Of a stretch of DNA of 64,000 nucleotides, positions 1 to 14,190 are shown piece after piece. The stretch is from the human T2T-CHM13v2.0 reference genome, Homo sapiens. Position numbers and translations under genes: made by a program. The DNA is taken from assembly GCF_009914755.1 (NCBI RefSeq), contig NC_060927.1; one strand, given 5' to 3'. The notes beneath the pieces were generated by a model. The model was not told the origin of the DNA. It did no database searches and saw only the letters and a program-made list of their open reading frames with translations. Within the stretch, counting starts at the first letter, position 1. Each line of letters opens with the position of its first letter.

Positions 1-159
1 GTAATGGCTTTGAGTCTCTCTGGGCTCCCACACAAGGTGGGACAACTAGAATGCCATGCTTATGGGGCATCATCTCATCCTATATGCAAATGAGACAGCA
101 GGGAACAGACAACTCAGATACTGTGCCTAGTTTCTCTGCTCATGTGCATGCTCCATTGT

Positions 160-316
160 CCCCCTCAGACCTCATTTATAAAACATAAGTTCAAAAACAA
201 AATTATTAAGAAGTTTAGGATGGTGACAGCAGACCTTAAACCCAGCATGGGGCCCTTCTGAACGTGGGAGTCTGTGCCAAACTGTGTAGTTCCCGTACCC
301 ATGAAGACCGTCCCGC
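160..316. mobile_element. MER91-like hAT-Tip100 DNA transposon remnant
   Basis: 'aaaattattaagaa...gacagcagac..taaacc...ggggcccttctga...cccatgaag' resembles MER91; related sequence occurs on the opposite strand at ~13377-13515. Confidence 0.55.
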
Positions 317-403
317 TCACTCTCACCAGAAGAGTTCCACATGGGGTTCCAGTTAAAATTTCATTTGAAAAAGAATTTTATGTAATATTTAAAATAATAA
401 ATT

Positions 404-545
404 TCCCAGGTATGGGGTGTTACACACCTGTAGTCCTAGCTACTTGGGAGGATGAGGTGAGAGGACCGCTTAGCCCAGGAGCTCGAGGTTAGAGTGAGCT
501 ATGATCACACCACTGCACTCCAGCCTGAGTGAGCCCCTGTTTCTA
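404..545 (+). mobile_element. Old Alu monomer/AluJ fragment
   Basis: cctgtagtcctagctacttgggagg...ccactgcactccagcctg. Confidence 0.85.
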
Positions 546-858
546 AATTTTTTTTTAATTAGTCTAGATTAAGAGACAAAGTCAAATACCAAAGGAGTTA
601 GGAAGACAATGGAAAGGAGAAAAACAGACTTTCTCAGTCTCTCTTTTCTCCACTATTGAGAATGTGGGGGTGTTAGTGGGGACAGGTCATTATTTCCTCT
701 TAACTCTGCCATAAGAAAAACAACAATGCTCATGCCATGATAAATAGCAACTGACCCTCAGCTTCAGTGTCAGGAGACACTGACGACTGTTGGGGACTGC
801 AGGACAATAATGGGCTCCTGGCCCTCTGAAAGAACAGCCATAGCTCAGCCAGCTGTTG

Positions 859-1058
859 AAGCAATTCTCCTGTCTCAGCCTCCTGAGTAGCTGGGATTAC
901 AGGTGCACGCCACCACACCCAGCAATCTTTTGTATTTTTAGTACAGACAGGGTTTCCCCAAGTTGGTCAGGCTGGTCTCGAACTCCTGACCTCAGGTGAT
1001 CCACCCACCTTGGCCTCCCAAAGTGCTGAGATTACAGGCGTGAGCCACCGAGCCTGGC
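859..1058 (-). mobile_element. AluS fragment
   Basis: Reverse-complement Alu, ending gtgagccaccgagcctggc. Confidence 0.9.
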
Positions 1059-1124
1059 TAAGGTTCGTTTTTCAAGAGATACTCAAAATCTGAAGTCTTA
1101 CATAAAATCTCCCAACTTTTTAAT

Positions 1125-1687
1125 GTTGTTATAGAACCAAACTGGGGACTGCTCACCCAGCACAGTAAAACAAGGTACCTACACCAGGATTTTGCAGTGG
1201 TAGAAAGGAGGTACTTATTTGCACCAAGTAAGGAGGACCAGGTAGCTAACATGTAAATCTTCAGCTCCCTGATGACTTGCAGGTAAGAGTTTTTAAAAGC
1301 AGGGGTAAATTTCAGGAAAGTGAAAGTTAACAGGTAAACTCGTAAATCAGTACATGGATGTTAGACATTGGTTTTGGCTCAAAAGGGCAGGATCTCTTGA
1401 AGTGGGGGCATATAGGTCATAGGTATAATAGATTCAAAGATTTTCTGATTTGCAATTGGTTAAGCAAGAGAAGCTTTGTTTAAAATTTGGGGTCAGCAGA
1501 AAAGAATGTCAGCTCAGACTCCCTTCAGGCCCCTCAGGAAGAAATTCAGAGCAAAGTATGGTGACCAGAGTTCAGTCCTCAGTTCCCCCTTATCTGAGAT
1601 CTACATGCCAGCAAATCCATTTGGTGGGAGGTTGGGTTTCTGAAAAACAACTCAGGGACATATGTTAAAATATTGTATTTAGTCTCT
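1125..1687 (-). mobile_element. ERV1-class LTR remnant (subfamily uncertain)
   Basis: tgtt start; 'tttttaaaagcaggggtaaatttcagg' and 'gggtttctgaaaaacaactcagggaca' resemble MER4-group LTRs. Confidence 0.55.
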
Positions 1688-2113
1688 GATACGGTTTGGA
1701 TATTCGTCCCCTCCAAATCTTATGTTGAAATGTGATCCCCAATGTTGGAGGTAGGGCCTAGTAGGAGGTGTTTGGGTCATGGGGTCAGATCCCTCTTGAA
1801 TGGCTTGGTGTCCTCCCAATGGTAATGAGTGAGTTCTTCCTCTGTTAGTTCACATGAGAGCTGGTTGTTTAAACGAACCTGGCATATCCTCCTCTCTCTC
1901 TTGCTCCCTGTCTCTCCATGTGACACATCTGCTCCTCCTTCTCCTTCACCTTCCACCATGAGTAAAAGCTTCCCACGGCTTCACAAGAAGCTGAGCAGAT
2001 GCTGGTGCCATGATTGTAAAGCCTGCAGAACCGTGAGCCCAATAAACCTCTTTTCTTTATAAATTACCCATCCTCAGGTATTCCTTTATAGCAATGCAAA
2101 ATGGACCAACATA
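1688..2113 (+). mobile_element. MST (MaLR) solo LTR
   Basis: tgatacggtttggat...ccaaatcttatgttgaaatgtgatcccc...aataaacctcttttctttataaattaccc...gcaatgcaaaatggaccaaca. Confidence 0.9.
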
Positions 2114-2269
2114 GTTTCTAAAGGGAAACTTTATTTACATCAATTTTCTCAACTTGCAATTCTTGTAGAAACTATTTGTGAGATATTGTACATTTTTAAA
2201 ATAATAAATCTCCATGTGTATTTTACACTTCCAATATGTCTTAATTTATATTTCAAATATAAAACTCTG

Positions 2270-2627
<358 letters not shown>

Positions 2628-2749
2628 TCAGACTAGCCATATCTGAAGTGTTGGAAAGCCACATGTGGCTAGCAGTTACCATGTTGGACAGGACAAGTCT
2701 ATAATACACAAGAAATTTATTCAGATTAATAATAATAAACTTCGAATGT

Positions 2750-3056
2750 CAATTCCCATAAGTAAATGGGCAAAGGATATGAACAGGCAATTTACAATAG
2801 CAGAAATACTACTAAGATATGAAGAAGTGCTCAAAACCATTACTAATGAGGAAAACCTCAAATTAAATGCATTTATGCCTGGAAAAAAAATCACAAAGTT
2901 GGATAATGATAAGAGTTGGTGAGGATGTGAGTATAAAGAAGCCTCATTTGCCAGTGGGAGGATAGACAGGTGCAGACATTATAAAGAGTGCTTTCATCAT
3001 GTTAAATGAATGACAGCAATTAATTCTGCTCCTAGGTATTTATCCTAAAGAAATTC
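2750..3056 (+). mobile_element. Ancient L1ME ORF2-end/3'UTR fragment
   Basis: aaatgggcaaaggatatgaacaggcaatttaca...gttggtgaggatgtg...ctcctaggtatttatcc. Confidence 0.7.
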
Positions 3057-3357
3057 TTTTATTTTTTATTTTTTTGAGACAGAGTCTCACTTTGTTGCCC
3101 GGGCTGGAGTGTAGTGGCACAACCTGTGCTCACTGAAATCTCTGCCTCCCAGGGTCAAGTGATTCTCCTGCCTCAGCCTCCCAAGTAGCTGGGATTACAG
3201 GTGCATGCCACCAAACCAGGCTAATTTTTGTATTTTTAGTAGAGACACGGTTTCATCATGTTGGCCAGGCTACTCTCGAACTCCTGACCTCAAGTGATCT
3301 GCCTGTCTTGGCCTCCCAAAGTGCTGGGATTATAGTAGTGAGCCACTGTGCCCAGCC
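3057..3357 (-). mobile_element. AluSx-like element
   Basis: Full antisense Alu; TSD tatcctaaagaaattctt at 3041-3058 and 3358-3375. Confidence 0.95.
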
Positions 3358-4839
3358 TATCCTAAAGAAATTCTTACACAGCTTAGACATTTACTTTTCT
3401 GTTGATTGTCCTACCCCGGACTACAAACTCTATGAAAGCAGGGATTTTGTCTTGGCCTTCTCTGTATCTCCAATGTTGGGATCAGGGCTGGCACATAGTA
3501 ATTGCTCAATAAATATTTATAGACTGAATGGAGTATGCCATCGTCATCATAGAAACCCAGTGAGGCAAGCATTTTCTAGATGAGGAAAATGGACCTTAGA
3601 ACAGCCATACCTCCAGCATCACATGTCCAGTTGCCAGCAGAGATGGAGTTAGCACAAAGGCCAACAGCCCAGACTGACTCCCAGCCATCACCTGTTCATT
3701 ATTTTAACATTACTTATTGAGCATCTCATAAAGAAAGACAGCCTATAAGTAACTGGAAAGAGCAACTACATCACCACATTTTCAGGGTTTAAATTAGAGC
3801 ATATCTAAACACAGAAAAGCTTTGCTTGATAAGGCTTCCCTCTAAATTCCTACATATTCCTACATATGTTCTCGGGTCATGCTTTTCCTGAGAGATATTC
3901 TTTTTTTTTTTTTTATTAAAAAAAAAAAAAAAGAAAGAAAGGAATGGAAAGCAAGAAGACTATTTAATAGATTGAAAGCTTTTGTTCTCCTACACACATT
4001 AAGCCGTTCGGTAACAAAACAGGCAGTCTCAGAAAAATAAATCACAGCTTTATTTTACAGCTTTAATCTTAAAAGGGTTAACATCTCCCCACCAGCTTGC
4101 AGGCTTTTTTGGTTTTTGCCTTTCCTTTTCTCTCCATAGCTTTGATGAGTTATCTTCAGAAGATCATGTGAGTACTTGCTTCATTTTCTCAGTTCTTTTT
4201 GGCCATCCATTCCTTGGCAGGTTTCACCCTATTTGGGTATAAGCACCCACTCTACATCTCCTCTCCACCCGCTATTTCGTGCATCAAGTGTTAACGAACT
4301 TTGTAGCAAAACAAATCCATCTGGAAATTGGCATTTCAACGATGTGTTTTTAAAACTGCTGTTCATCATTCCTAGCGTGTGTGCGCATGTGTGAAAAATT
4401 CAGAATACATTTAAGCAGGAAGCACTGGAAAGGCTGGGTGCACATTTTGAAGCCAGAATGCATTTCACAAGGTGGGAGGCACACATAGACTTGAGAGTGC
4501 TGAGGGTTGACTATCGCTTGTATCAGGCATGCTAAATATTTGACCATTTTGAATGAACTTTATTAGTCTGAACATGTTCCACATTCTCTATTTACTGAAA
4601 GATTATTTCCCAATTGCAAAAAGGATTACAGTTATACAAAGTCAAAAATACATATCCTTTTTTCTTCGTTAGTTAATTTATTTATACCCAGCCCTGCCTG
4701 TTGCAAAAAGGATTTGAGGTAGCTCATACACGATTTGATGGACTAGATTATTTGAGGGAGAACTCCTTTCCTATGCTGATTTTTACTTCCAAATAGAGAA
4801 TGCCAGTAAAATTAATAAGTAATGAATCAGAATCACTGA

Positions 4840-5030
4840 AGTTCTTGAAGTGTCTTCATGTGCCAGACTGTGTGCCAAGTATTTCACATTTAACCCTCAC
4901 AACCACCCTTTGAGTAAACACTATTTTTGTCCCCATTTCACAGATAAGGAAAATTAAGTTTAGAGAAGTAGAGTGCAAAACAGTATATAACTAGTAAGGG
5001 ATGAAGCTGGGATTGGAATCCAAACCTGTT
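4840..5030. mobile_element. MIR SINE
   Basis: Core 'cccatttcacagataaggaaa..aagtttagagaag'. Confidence 0.75.
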
Positions 5031-5479
5031 TCAGAGACTCCCCTCCCTATCAACCCTTATCATCTACTTTTCTGATGGGAGGTGTCCTGGCTGAAGAAAA
5101 AGTTCCTAGAGTCACCTGAATCCAGGGAAGCCTTTAGTGATGAGTTGGAGCAGATGGATAACCAAGACTGGAAATGCAGAGATAAAATGTGTGATTGTCT
5201 CGAATTGCTCCTATCCAGTGGGAGGAACAAAACATAATCAATTCCCACATACTGCTGTGCCCCAGGCAGTGACCACGCCCATTTTTCTTAGCGGTCTATC
5301 CACTATCCATTGCACATGGTTGGCACCCAGTAGGTGCTCATTGCATATCTGTTAATTGAATGACTATATTATTGGGTCCACCAACTCAGAAAAGAAACCT
5401 TCCATGGAAGCGAGAATGTCTGAAGAGATAATTATCCTCAGAAATTAGAGCATGGAGCAGGAAATTAAGCAAAGTTACC

Positions 5480-6305
5480 TGTGGGAGACAACCTCTAAGA
5501 TGCCCCCAACGATCCTCCCTCCTGATGATCATGCCCTATATAATGCCTTCTCCTTCACTGTAAGCCAGGTTTATTGATTTGCTTCTAACAACCAGAATAT
5601 GAAGCTGGGATGCGGTGACTCACACATGGAATCAGCACTTTGGGAAGCCAAGGCTGGAGGATCACTTGAGCCCAGGAGTTTGAGGCTGCAGTGAGCCATG
5701 ATGGCATCACTGCACTCCACCTGGATGACAGAGTGAGACCCTGTCTCAACAAAACAAAACAAAACCAAAAACAACAACAACAAAAAAACAAATAGAATAT
5801 GATAGAAGTAATAGGATGTCACTTTTAAGACTATATAATAAAAAAACTGTAGCTTCTGAATTAGTGTCTTTCTGGTGTCTCTCTCTTTCTCTTTCTCTCT
5901 CTCTCTCTCTGTCTTTCATAACACCACTGTTATATCACATGAACACACAGGCGGCCTATGGAGAAGTCTACATGGTGAAAAAAACTAAGGCCTGCCAGCA
6001 ACCATGCAAGGACGCTTAGAAGTGGAACTTCAGAGGCCTGTCAACAGCCACATAAATGGGCTTGGAAATGGATTCTCCAGACCTCCAAAGGAGCCTTAAA
6101 ATGACTACAGCCCCAAGTGTAGACAGGCTGACTGCAACTGCATGAGAGGCCTAAGCCAGATGCATCCAGCCAATCTGTGCCCATATTACTGACCCACAGA
6201 AACTGAAACCACGAATAATAAATGTTTGTTGTTTTAAGCTGCTAGGTTTGGGGTGTAAACATAATAAATACCTAATTTGTTATGCACCAATAAACAACTA
6301 ATACA
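5480..6305 (+). mobile_element. MLT1 (MaLR) LTR interrupted by an Alu monomer at 5605-5790
   Basis: 'gactacagcccc', 'gacccacagaaactg...aataaatgtttgttgttttaagctgctaggtttgggg'; Alu core at 5605-5750. Confidence 0.8.
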
Positions 6306-6634
6306 TTCCCCCATAACTTCCAAGAAAATGAACCAAGGCATATCCATGAGGACTTGTAGCTATGAAAATGGTATAAGAACACTTAATAAAGTGTCCCGTG
6401 TGTTATTTCTGACTGATTCTCCATGGTGATTAGCTATTAACATCCTTACAACAGACAGGAACCATGTGCAGGGACAGCAGAGGAGTGGGGAGGGCTGGGC
6501 CACTTGGTCTCATTCCACAGTCAGTTCTAGGAAGACAGGACCCTCAAGAAGTTGAACATGTCCTGAATTAACAGTTAGCCCTATGGAAAATTCATTTTTG
6601 GCTCCCCAACATCCATAACACTGAAGTTGGGTGA

Positions 6635-7070
6635 TGTATCAATTAGGATTAGATTCTGCTACATGAAACAGGAAACCCCCACGTAACAATGACTTGAGGG
6701 AAAAAGAACATATTTCCCTCTCATGTAGGAGGAAGTTATTTGAGTGCTGGTCTGACCTCTCTATTATGTCATCTGGAACCAGATATTTTGCATCCATCCT
6801 AGAGGACATGCCTAGAGAGCACCCCCTACCTCCCAGTCCACCATGACCTCTGCACTTGTATCTTCATTCCAGCAGCAGTTGGAAGAAAAGGCAAAAAAAA
6901 CAGCACACTCAGCCTTTTAAATAGACTTCCTGGAGTCCCATGCAACCCTTTTGCTTACACCTCACTGACCAGAACTTACTCACATAGGCATACCCAACTG
7001 CAAAGGAGGCTGTGAAATGTGCCCAGATAAAAATCAAGGTTCTATATTGAAAGGAAGGGGAGAACTGATA
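6635..7070 (-). mobile_element. Old MLT1 (J/K/L-like) LTR
   Basis: tgtatcaattaggattag...'ctcactgaccagaactt..tcacat..ccaactgcaaaggaggctg'. Confidence 0.6.
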
Positions 7071-7201
7071 CCAGAGAGACAACTGGTAACCTCTGCTCCA
7101 GGTAACAAGACTGGTGGAGCACCAGAGGGTTTGTCATTCAAATATCTCCATGATCTGACCCACCTCACACTGTCAGAATTATTTCCATCAAAGAGTACTA
7201 G

Positions 7202-7327
<126 letters not shown>

Positions 7328-8519
7328 TAGACATCTTCCTTTATGCCTTCCCATTCTCAAACTTTGGCCAATGCTGGTGCTACCACTGAAGTCCCAGCCC
7401 CTGCCGTCCTCACCTAGCTCCTATGCCACTTCCTCTGGGATTATTTTTTCAATCCTCTCCTTCCTCTGAAAACCCAAAGTACTGATTTGCACTTTTGTCT
7501 AATGGAAAAAAAAATTATGCACTTCCAACTGCCAGACACTGCACTAGGAATGAAAATATAAGTAAGGTAAGGACCCGGTCCTCAAAAAATGTATAATGGT
7601 CCATTGATAAATCATTGTTGAATAATGATGGCTCATCTGCTTTGCAGTATCACCTCAAGCTTTTAGTATACACGGTTTTTATAATCACATGCATAACAAA
7701 AGATGGAATGTGGCCCACATACACCTAAGTCAATAGGATTTCCTCAATAAGTCTCATTGCGTGGCATTATGGTCTACACATGATCCTTCTGTCCTTCATT
7801 CGCACATTTATTTAATATCTACTATGTGCCTGACATTGCACATAGCACAAAAGAAAGGCCCGATCCTTTCCTCAGGGACTTGGGAGAGAGACAGACAAGT
7901 AAATCGGGTATTGCAATGCAGAACAATAAAGCACTAGGTTGGAGATGTATATAGAGTGATAAAAATACTAAACCTAGACTGGAAGTGTTAGGAAAGCTTC
8001 CATGAGAAGCTGGCACTTAATAGTATTCCAGGACAGAGAGAGCATCATCTATAAAAGCCAATAGGTGAAAAAGAGAACATTGTGCTTTCACTGCACAGGA
8101 AGTATTAATAAATCAGTATGGCCAGAATTGAGTACATGAAGTTGGGAAGGGAGAGGATGAGGTTGGAGGTAGACAGGGTATCAAATCAGGAAGGAACAGC
8201 ATTATTAAATGAGAGTAAAAGATATCCCTAAAGAGTGCCTTACAAAATGAAAGTTTCTTTTTTTCTAATAAAACAGTAACTCCTAGGGTAGGCAGTTAAG
8301 ACTGGAACAAAGGCATCATGGGGCCATGACACAGTTGGGGTCTGCTATTGATCTGCTAGGCCACCTTTAGTATGTACTTAACCCTTGTGGCCATGAGACA
8401 GCTACTACACCTTCAGCATCTCATCTGCATACCAGGTGGGAAGTAAAGGAAGGCAAAGGACAAAAGTTATGTACCGTCAAATCCGCCTAGCTTTTCTAGA
8501 AGTCCCATCTTACTACTGA

Positions 8520-8832
8520 TTTTTATTTATTTACTTATTTATTATTAATATTATTTTTAGTCTTGCTCTGCCACCCATGCTGGAGTGTAGTGGTGCAATC
8601 TTGGCTCACTGCAACTTCTGCCTCCCGGCTTCAAGCAATTCTTCTCCCTCAGCCTTCCAAGTAGCTAGGATTACAGGCATGCACCACCACACCCAGTTAA
8701 TTTTGTATTTTCAGTAGAGATGGGGTTTCACCATGTTGACTGGTCTGGTCTCAAACCACTGGGCTCAAGAGATTTGACTGCCTTGGCCTCCCAAAGTGCT
8801 GGGATTACAGGCGTGAGCCACCACACCCAGCC
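8520..8832 (-). mobile_element. AluS element
   Basis: Antisense Alu; TSD actactgatt on both sides. Confidence 0.9.
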
Positions 8833-9267
8833 ACTACTGATTTCTTAGAGGCCGGGACTATGCCACACATCCCTGACAAGGCAACAACTGCTAGAGAGGC
8901 TGGTATATAGAGTTTTAGCTGGGCCCACTGCTGTCCTAACCATCAGGGCTCTGTTCATAAGGAGGAAGCGGACAGGGGATGCTGAAAAGACAGCCATCCA
9001 TGTGCACTCCTGCAGGTCATGGAGAGTCAGCATGGCCCAGTCATAGTTGAAAGACCATTCCTCTGCCACTGGGAAAGGAGGAACCTGAAACAGTTTAAAT
9101 AGGGGAGCAAGGAACTGACCAGATTTGCGATTTAGAAAGTCTTGAAAATGAAGTAAACAGCGGACTGGGGATGGAAGGAAGACAAATCTGGAGACAGAAA
9201 GATCACTGCCAGGAGGCTGTTGTGGGAAGGGCTAGAACTTAGAGCATGAAAATAGGATGAAAAGGTT

Positions 9268-9725
9268 TATAGTGGGCAAAATAGTGTTCCCACCCCAAAT
9301 TCATGTCTACCCAGAACCTCAAAAAGTAACCTTATTTGGAAATAGGGGCTTTGCCAATGGAATTTAGGTAAGGATCCAGATGAGATAATCATGAATTAGG
9401 GTAGGCTCTAAATCCAATGAGAGTATTATATAAGAAACATAAAAGGATACATACACAGAGACACAGAGAAGAGGCAATGTGAAGATGGAAGCAGAGATTG
9501 GAGCAATGCATCTACAAGCCAAGGAACGTCAAGGATGGCCAGCAACCACCAGAAGCTAGGACAGGCACAGAACACTGCTTCTTCAGAGCTGCCAGAAGGA
9601 ACCAACCTTGCTGACATCTTGATTTTGGACTTCTCGACTCATGAACCATGAGAAAATTAATTTCTATTGTTTGAAGCCACTCAGATTGTGGTAATTTGTT
9701 ATAGCAGCTCCAGAAAACTAACACG
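9268..9725 (+). mobile_element. MLT1C/D-like solo LTR
   Basis: ccccaaattcatgtctacccagaacctc...ccttatttggaaatagg...tgtggtaatttgttatagcagc. Confidence 0.85.
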
Positions 9726-10011
9726 AGCTTTACGAAAACATTAAGGAGACAGAATCAACAGGCCTGAGTGGGCACGAAGGAAGATTCTTGGCCAACTGGG
9801 TAAAGGGTGGTGCTTTCGCGGAGATGAGGAATACAAGAAGGAAAGGATGGGGAGAGGAAAAAAATAGGTTCAGTTGCAGACAAGTTGCTTTGAAGGTGCC
9901 TGAGGGATATGCAGTGGTTAGGTCTGGGATGGAGATCAGATTTAGAGCACTTGAAACCATTACAGTGGATGTTGCCCACAAGTTATCTAATATTTTTGTG
10001 GGTTTATGAGA

Positions 10012-10405
<394 letters not shown>

Positions 10406-11774
10406 AGATGAGACTTTCAAATAGGAGATGATTAAGGAACACTATAAGACACTAAACTGTCAAATTGTGAAGCATAACTATTTCAGGAAGCTTGAATTAG
10501 AGGAAATTAATATAAGGTGAAAAAAATGACCCACATCTCTATACTAATTAGGAGGGTTGCTCCATTTTTATTTTTAATTGGCACAAACCTGCATTAGCCT
10601 CTGCCCAAAGAGGCTGTACCAACTCAGAGACTGGTTTGCACCACATGTGTAGAGGCTCACAGAATGCCAGAAAGGACATTAGCCTGTCCAACCTCCTCCC
10701 CTTACAGACAGAAAAGCAGAGGCTTGCAGGGAGACTAATTTGCCCAAAGTCAGTAAGAGGACCATGTGAGACCCCAGCACAGGCTTGGCTTCCAACCTGA
10801 AACTCACATAATAAAGTGCATCACGAAATCCTCATGTGAAGGAAAATGAAGTGTGGTTTGATCTATAAAAGTCAAATGATGAGGAAAATGAACAGATGAA
10901 AATGTTGTCAGTCTCTAGAGCCAGAAAGACTTGGTTTCAAACCCAAATGCCATCCAAGCATATCAGTAAGGATGCTTTTGCTGAAAAAAATGTCAACAGT
11001 AAGAAAGCTATTGGTTGGCATAATTGAAAAAGGCCAGTGGTAGGGAGGGCTTTGATTGTGGTTGGAACAAAGCTCTAACTCTGTTTCTGCTGTTTTCTGG
11101 GCTCTGCTCTTCTCTTCGTAGCTTCACCCATAGACTGGTTTCCCCTAGCAGCCTTAAGTGGGGTCATCTTATCATCCAGAACATACAGCATTAGTAGAGT
11201 GGTGTAGCAAGGGTGGGGAGGTGGGAGCTGTCCACCCTGAGTGCAGACATTAAGGAGACACATTATTTGCAGAGAATTTTAAAACAAGAATGAAACAAAA
11301 TGGGGTCAATGATTATCATCATCATGCAGTGGTGGTTCAAACAAGGTCAATGATAAAATGCTTCTCCCAGCCAGGCCAACTGCAACCACACCCAGTGCTT
11401 TGTATTATGCTCCAGAATTCTCAGCAAAAGTCCCAAGAGCCACACTGGTTGGACTAAATAAAATCATGTGCCTTCCCTTAAGCCAATCATGGCATGCAGG
11501 AGTGTGAAATATGCTGATTGCTTAGCTTAAGCCACATTGTGAAAGGTGGAATCAACTTTTCCAGACCCCTAGAGGTTCCCAGCTGAAACCTAGGGTAGAT
11601 AAGATGGGGAAAGATGAACGGCTGCTGGTGAAGCAACCACCAGATGTTCACAACACCATGTAACCTTGGGTAAATTTTGGACCCAAGTTTCAGTTTTGTG
11701 CCAGACACTCTCCTCAGCATTCTACATGTATGTGAATTCATTTAATCCCCACACCAACCATAGATGGTAGCTAC

Positions 11775-12250
11775 TCAGCCAGGAGCCCAGCAGAAAACAA
11801 ACAGCACACTCAAAATACTTTAAGGAGGGCTTGTTAGCAAAGAGGCTAGTTACAAAGGTGTAGATTGGGCGCAGGTAACAACAGGGGAGAGTGCAGAGCC
11901 TGAGCTATCATTATCCTTACGCCTGCAGGGACATGGAGTGAAATGTCCTGACAGAAGGACATCTATCAGGTTCTAGGAACTTGATAGAAGCTGTGATGTT
12001 TGGCCAGGAGCAAAGTCAAACCAAGGCAACCTGGCAGTGAGGGAAGCCAGGGAAAACTGGGAAATAAATGCCCCATCCTCACTCTCCTCCCTCCCTCCCA
12101 GCTGCAGCAGGAGCTTCCTGTTGGCCAAGATCAACAGGAAGAGGACACGGTAGCCTGCTGCTGATGCCCATACAGCTATCCTTTTGGAGAAGAAATCAGA
12201 GTATAAAGTCTGGAGAGTAGATTTGAAGGGTCAGAGAGAAGATATTCAAC
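11775..12250 (-). mobile_element. Old ERVL-type LTR inserted in a MIR
   Basis: 'ccaggagcccagcagaaaacaaacagcacactcaaa...agttacaaaggtgt'; MIR halves at ~11700-11770 and 12255-12310. Confidence 0.5.
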
Positions 12251-13199
12251 ACACCCCATTTTACAGATGAAGAAACTGAGATTTGGAGAAGTTAAGTCAC
12301 TTGTCTGGTCTAGAGCACACGCTCTTAATCACTATACTATGCAACCTCTCAGAGCAAGTAATACACCAGGCAGAGTTCCTTACATACGGTGCGTGCTTCA
12401 CAGATGTTCTTGTTCTACATCATTGTAGCTTCCACTGGCAAAGAGAACCCACTGATAAAATCAGCGTCCAGGCCTTCACCCAGCAGGGCATTCCCCCCAG
12501 CAAATGAAATAAGGTGCCCCTCCTTCCCCAGGTAGTCAAACCATATCTCCCAGTCCATCCCTATGGTTCCATAGCACCCAGGAGACCACACTATATATGT
12601 CAAAGACATGCTGCTCTTCCTCTCTGCATTTCTAAGCTAACTTGAATCGCTGGCTGCACCACGAAAATAAATCAGAATGTAAGTCTGTGAACACTTTCCA
12701 TTCAAGGTGCAATTGATTTGTTACACAATGCACACGGTAACCAAAGTCACAGACTAAGTAAACAGGGTGACTGACAATATGCACGTATTCTAGCAAGCAA
12801 TGCCTGCATATCCCCTCTCTCCAAGAAAATCAAAGTGTTCGACTGGCTTCTTAATCCAATTCGTGCTCTCCTTGCTCTTGTCAGAAAGGTGGGTGGCAGA
12901 TATTATTTATCATCCCACTGTCACTAGTGGGCTCAGAAGGGTGACATGATTTACCTATTGTCAAACGAGTTTTCATAACAGCCTAACTCCGTTTGACACA
13001 TTTCTTTGAGCAAGCCAAATATGCTGTTGGTCCATACCCTGAATGTGTCAAAATAATTTGCAAGCGACACCCACATTCCCATCCCATTTGATAGAGTTGG
13101 GTTAGTCACTTGGGAGAGTTGCTAGGGAGGTTATTCAGAGAGGAAGAATGCTGGAAAATTAGTGCTACAGGGGCTTTGCCTCACAGGGGTGAGGCTGAT

Positions 13200-13515
13200 A
13201 ATTAATTATAATACTGCTGCCTATGGGCACGGATTGAGGCAGGGCACTGCTACTAAGCCCTGTGCTTGTGTGATAGCCTTTAATGCCCACAAGCACCGAA
13301 TGAGGAGTACTAGCATTTTACCATTTTACAGAAGAGGGATTTGAGTCTAGAGAAATTAAGTAACTCGCCTGGAGGCAGGGCCATGAGACCTTGGAAAGGC
13401 CCGGCGCTTGGTTTAATGTTCTGCTGTCATCGTCTTGAATTTTTTAATAACTTTTCCACAAAGGGACCTGCATTTTCCTTTTGCACTGGGCCCTGCAAAT
13501 AATGTCGCCAGTCAG
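13200..13515. mobile_element. MIR followed by MER91-like hAT fragment
   Basis: MIR core ccattttacagaagaggga; 'cttggtttaatgttctgctgtc...gcactgggccctgcaaat'. Confidence 0.65.
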
Positions 13516-13529
13516 CCTGGGGGCATCTA

Positions 13530-14190
13530 GTCCCCAAGTACTTACATAGAGTATGTCCTGGGTACTGTCTTAAGCAAAGGGGATCAACAATACAAGATGT
13601 TCAAGTTCCCACTCTCATGGAGCTGCTATTCCAATAGGGGAGAAAGATAACAATTAAGGGAACAGCAAGTTAATGACAGATTAGAATGAATGCTATGAAA
13701 AAAGTAAACAGGGGTGATGAGATAAAGTAAATTGGGGTAGAGGTGCCACTTTACAGAGGATGGTCACATCCAAACAGGTGACACTTAAATGAGGTCTGAG
13801 GTTGAGAAGGAGCTGGCCTGGCAGGACCCTGGAGGGGCTCAGCCTGAGGGAGGATGAACAAGGGCTAAGGACTCCCACAGGGCATGAGCCTGATATGTTG
13901 AAAGGCCAGAAAGAAACCTCAGCAATTTCACCTAACTGATGGGCGCCGAAGCAGACAGGGAAAGGAGAGATGCAAGGTGAAGGTGAGAATTAGAAACCAG
14001 ATCGCACGGAGCCTTAGAAACCAGATCACACGAGGCCTCGTAGAGCACAGTTAGGAGCTTGGATTTGATGCTTCTGCCATGGGAGGCCAAGGAAGCATAT
14101 TAAGCAAGGGAGTGACAGGCACTGATGCATATTTTAAGAAGATCACTCAGGCTACTACTGTGTAGAGAACAGATCAGAGGATGTCAAGAG
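13530..14190 (-). mobile_element. L2 fragment
   Basis: 'ctctcatggagct..attc', 'aggtgacactta', 'ggagcttggattt', 'ttttaagaagatcactcaggct'. Confidence 0.7.

Larger units (their letters stand above)
7800..9980 (-). mobile_element. Fragmented L2 LINE interrupted by MLT1 LTRs (~8215-9000, 9270-9725) and an Alu
   Basis: L2-type motifs 'atttatttaa..tctactatgtgcc', 'agatttgcgatttagaaag', 'gttcagtt..gacaagttg..tttgaaggtgcc'. Confidence 0.6.
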
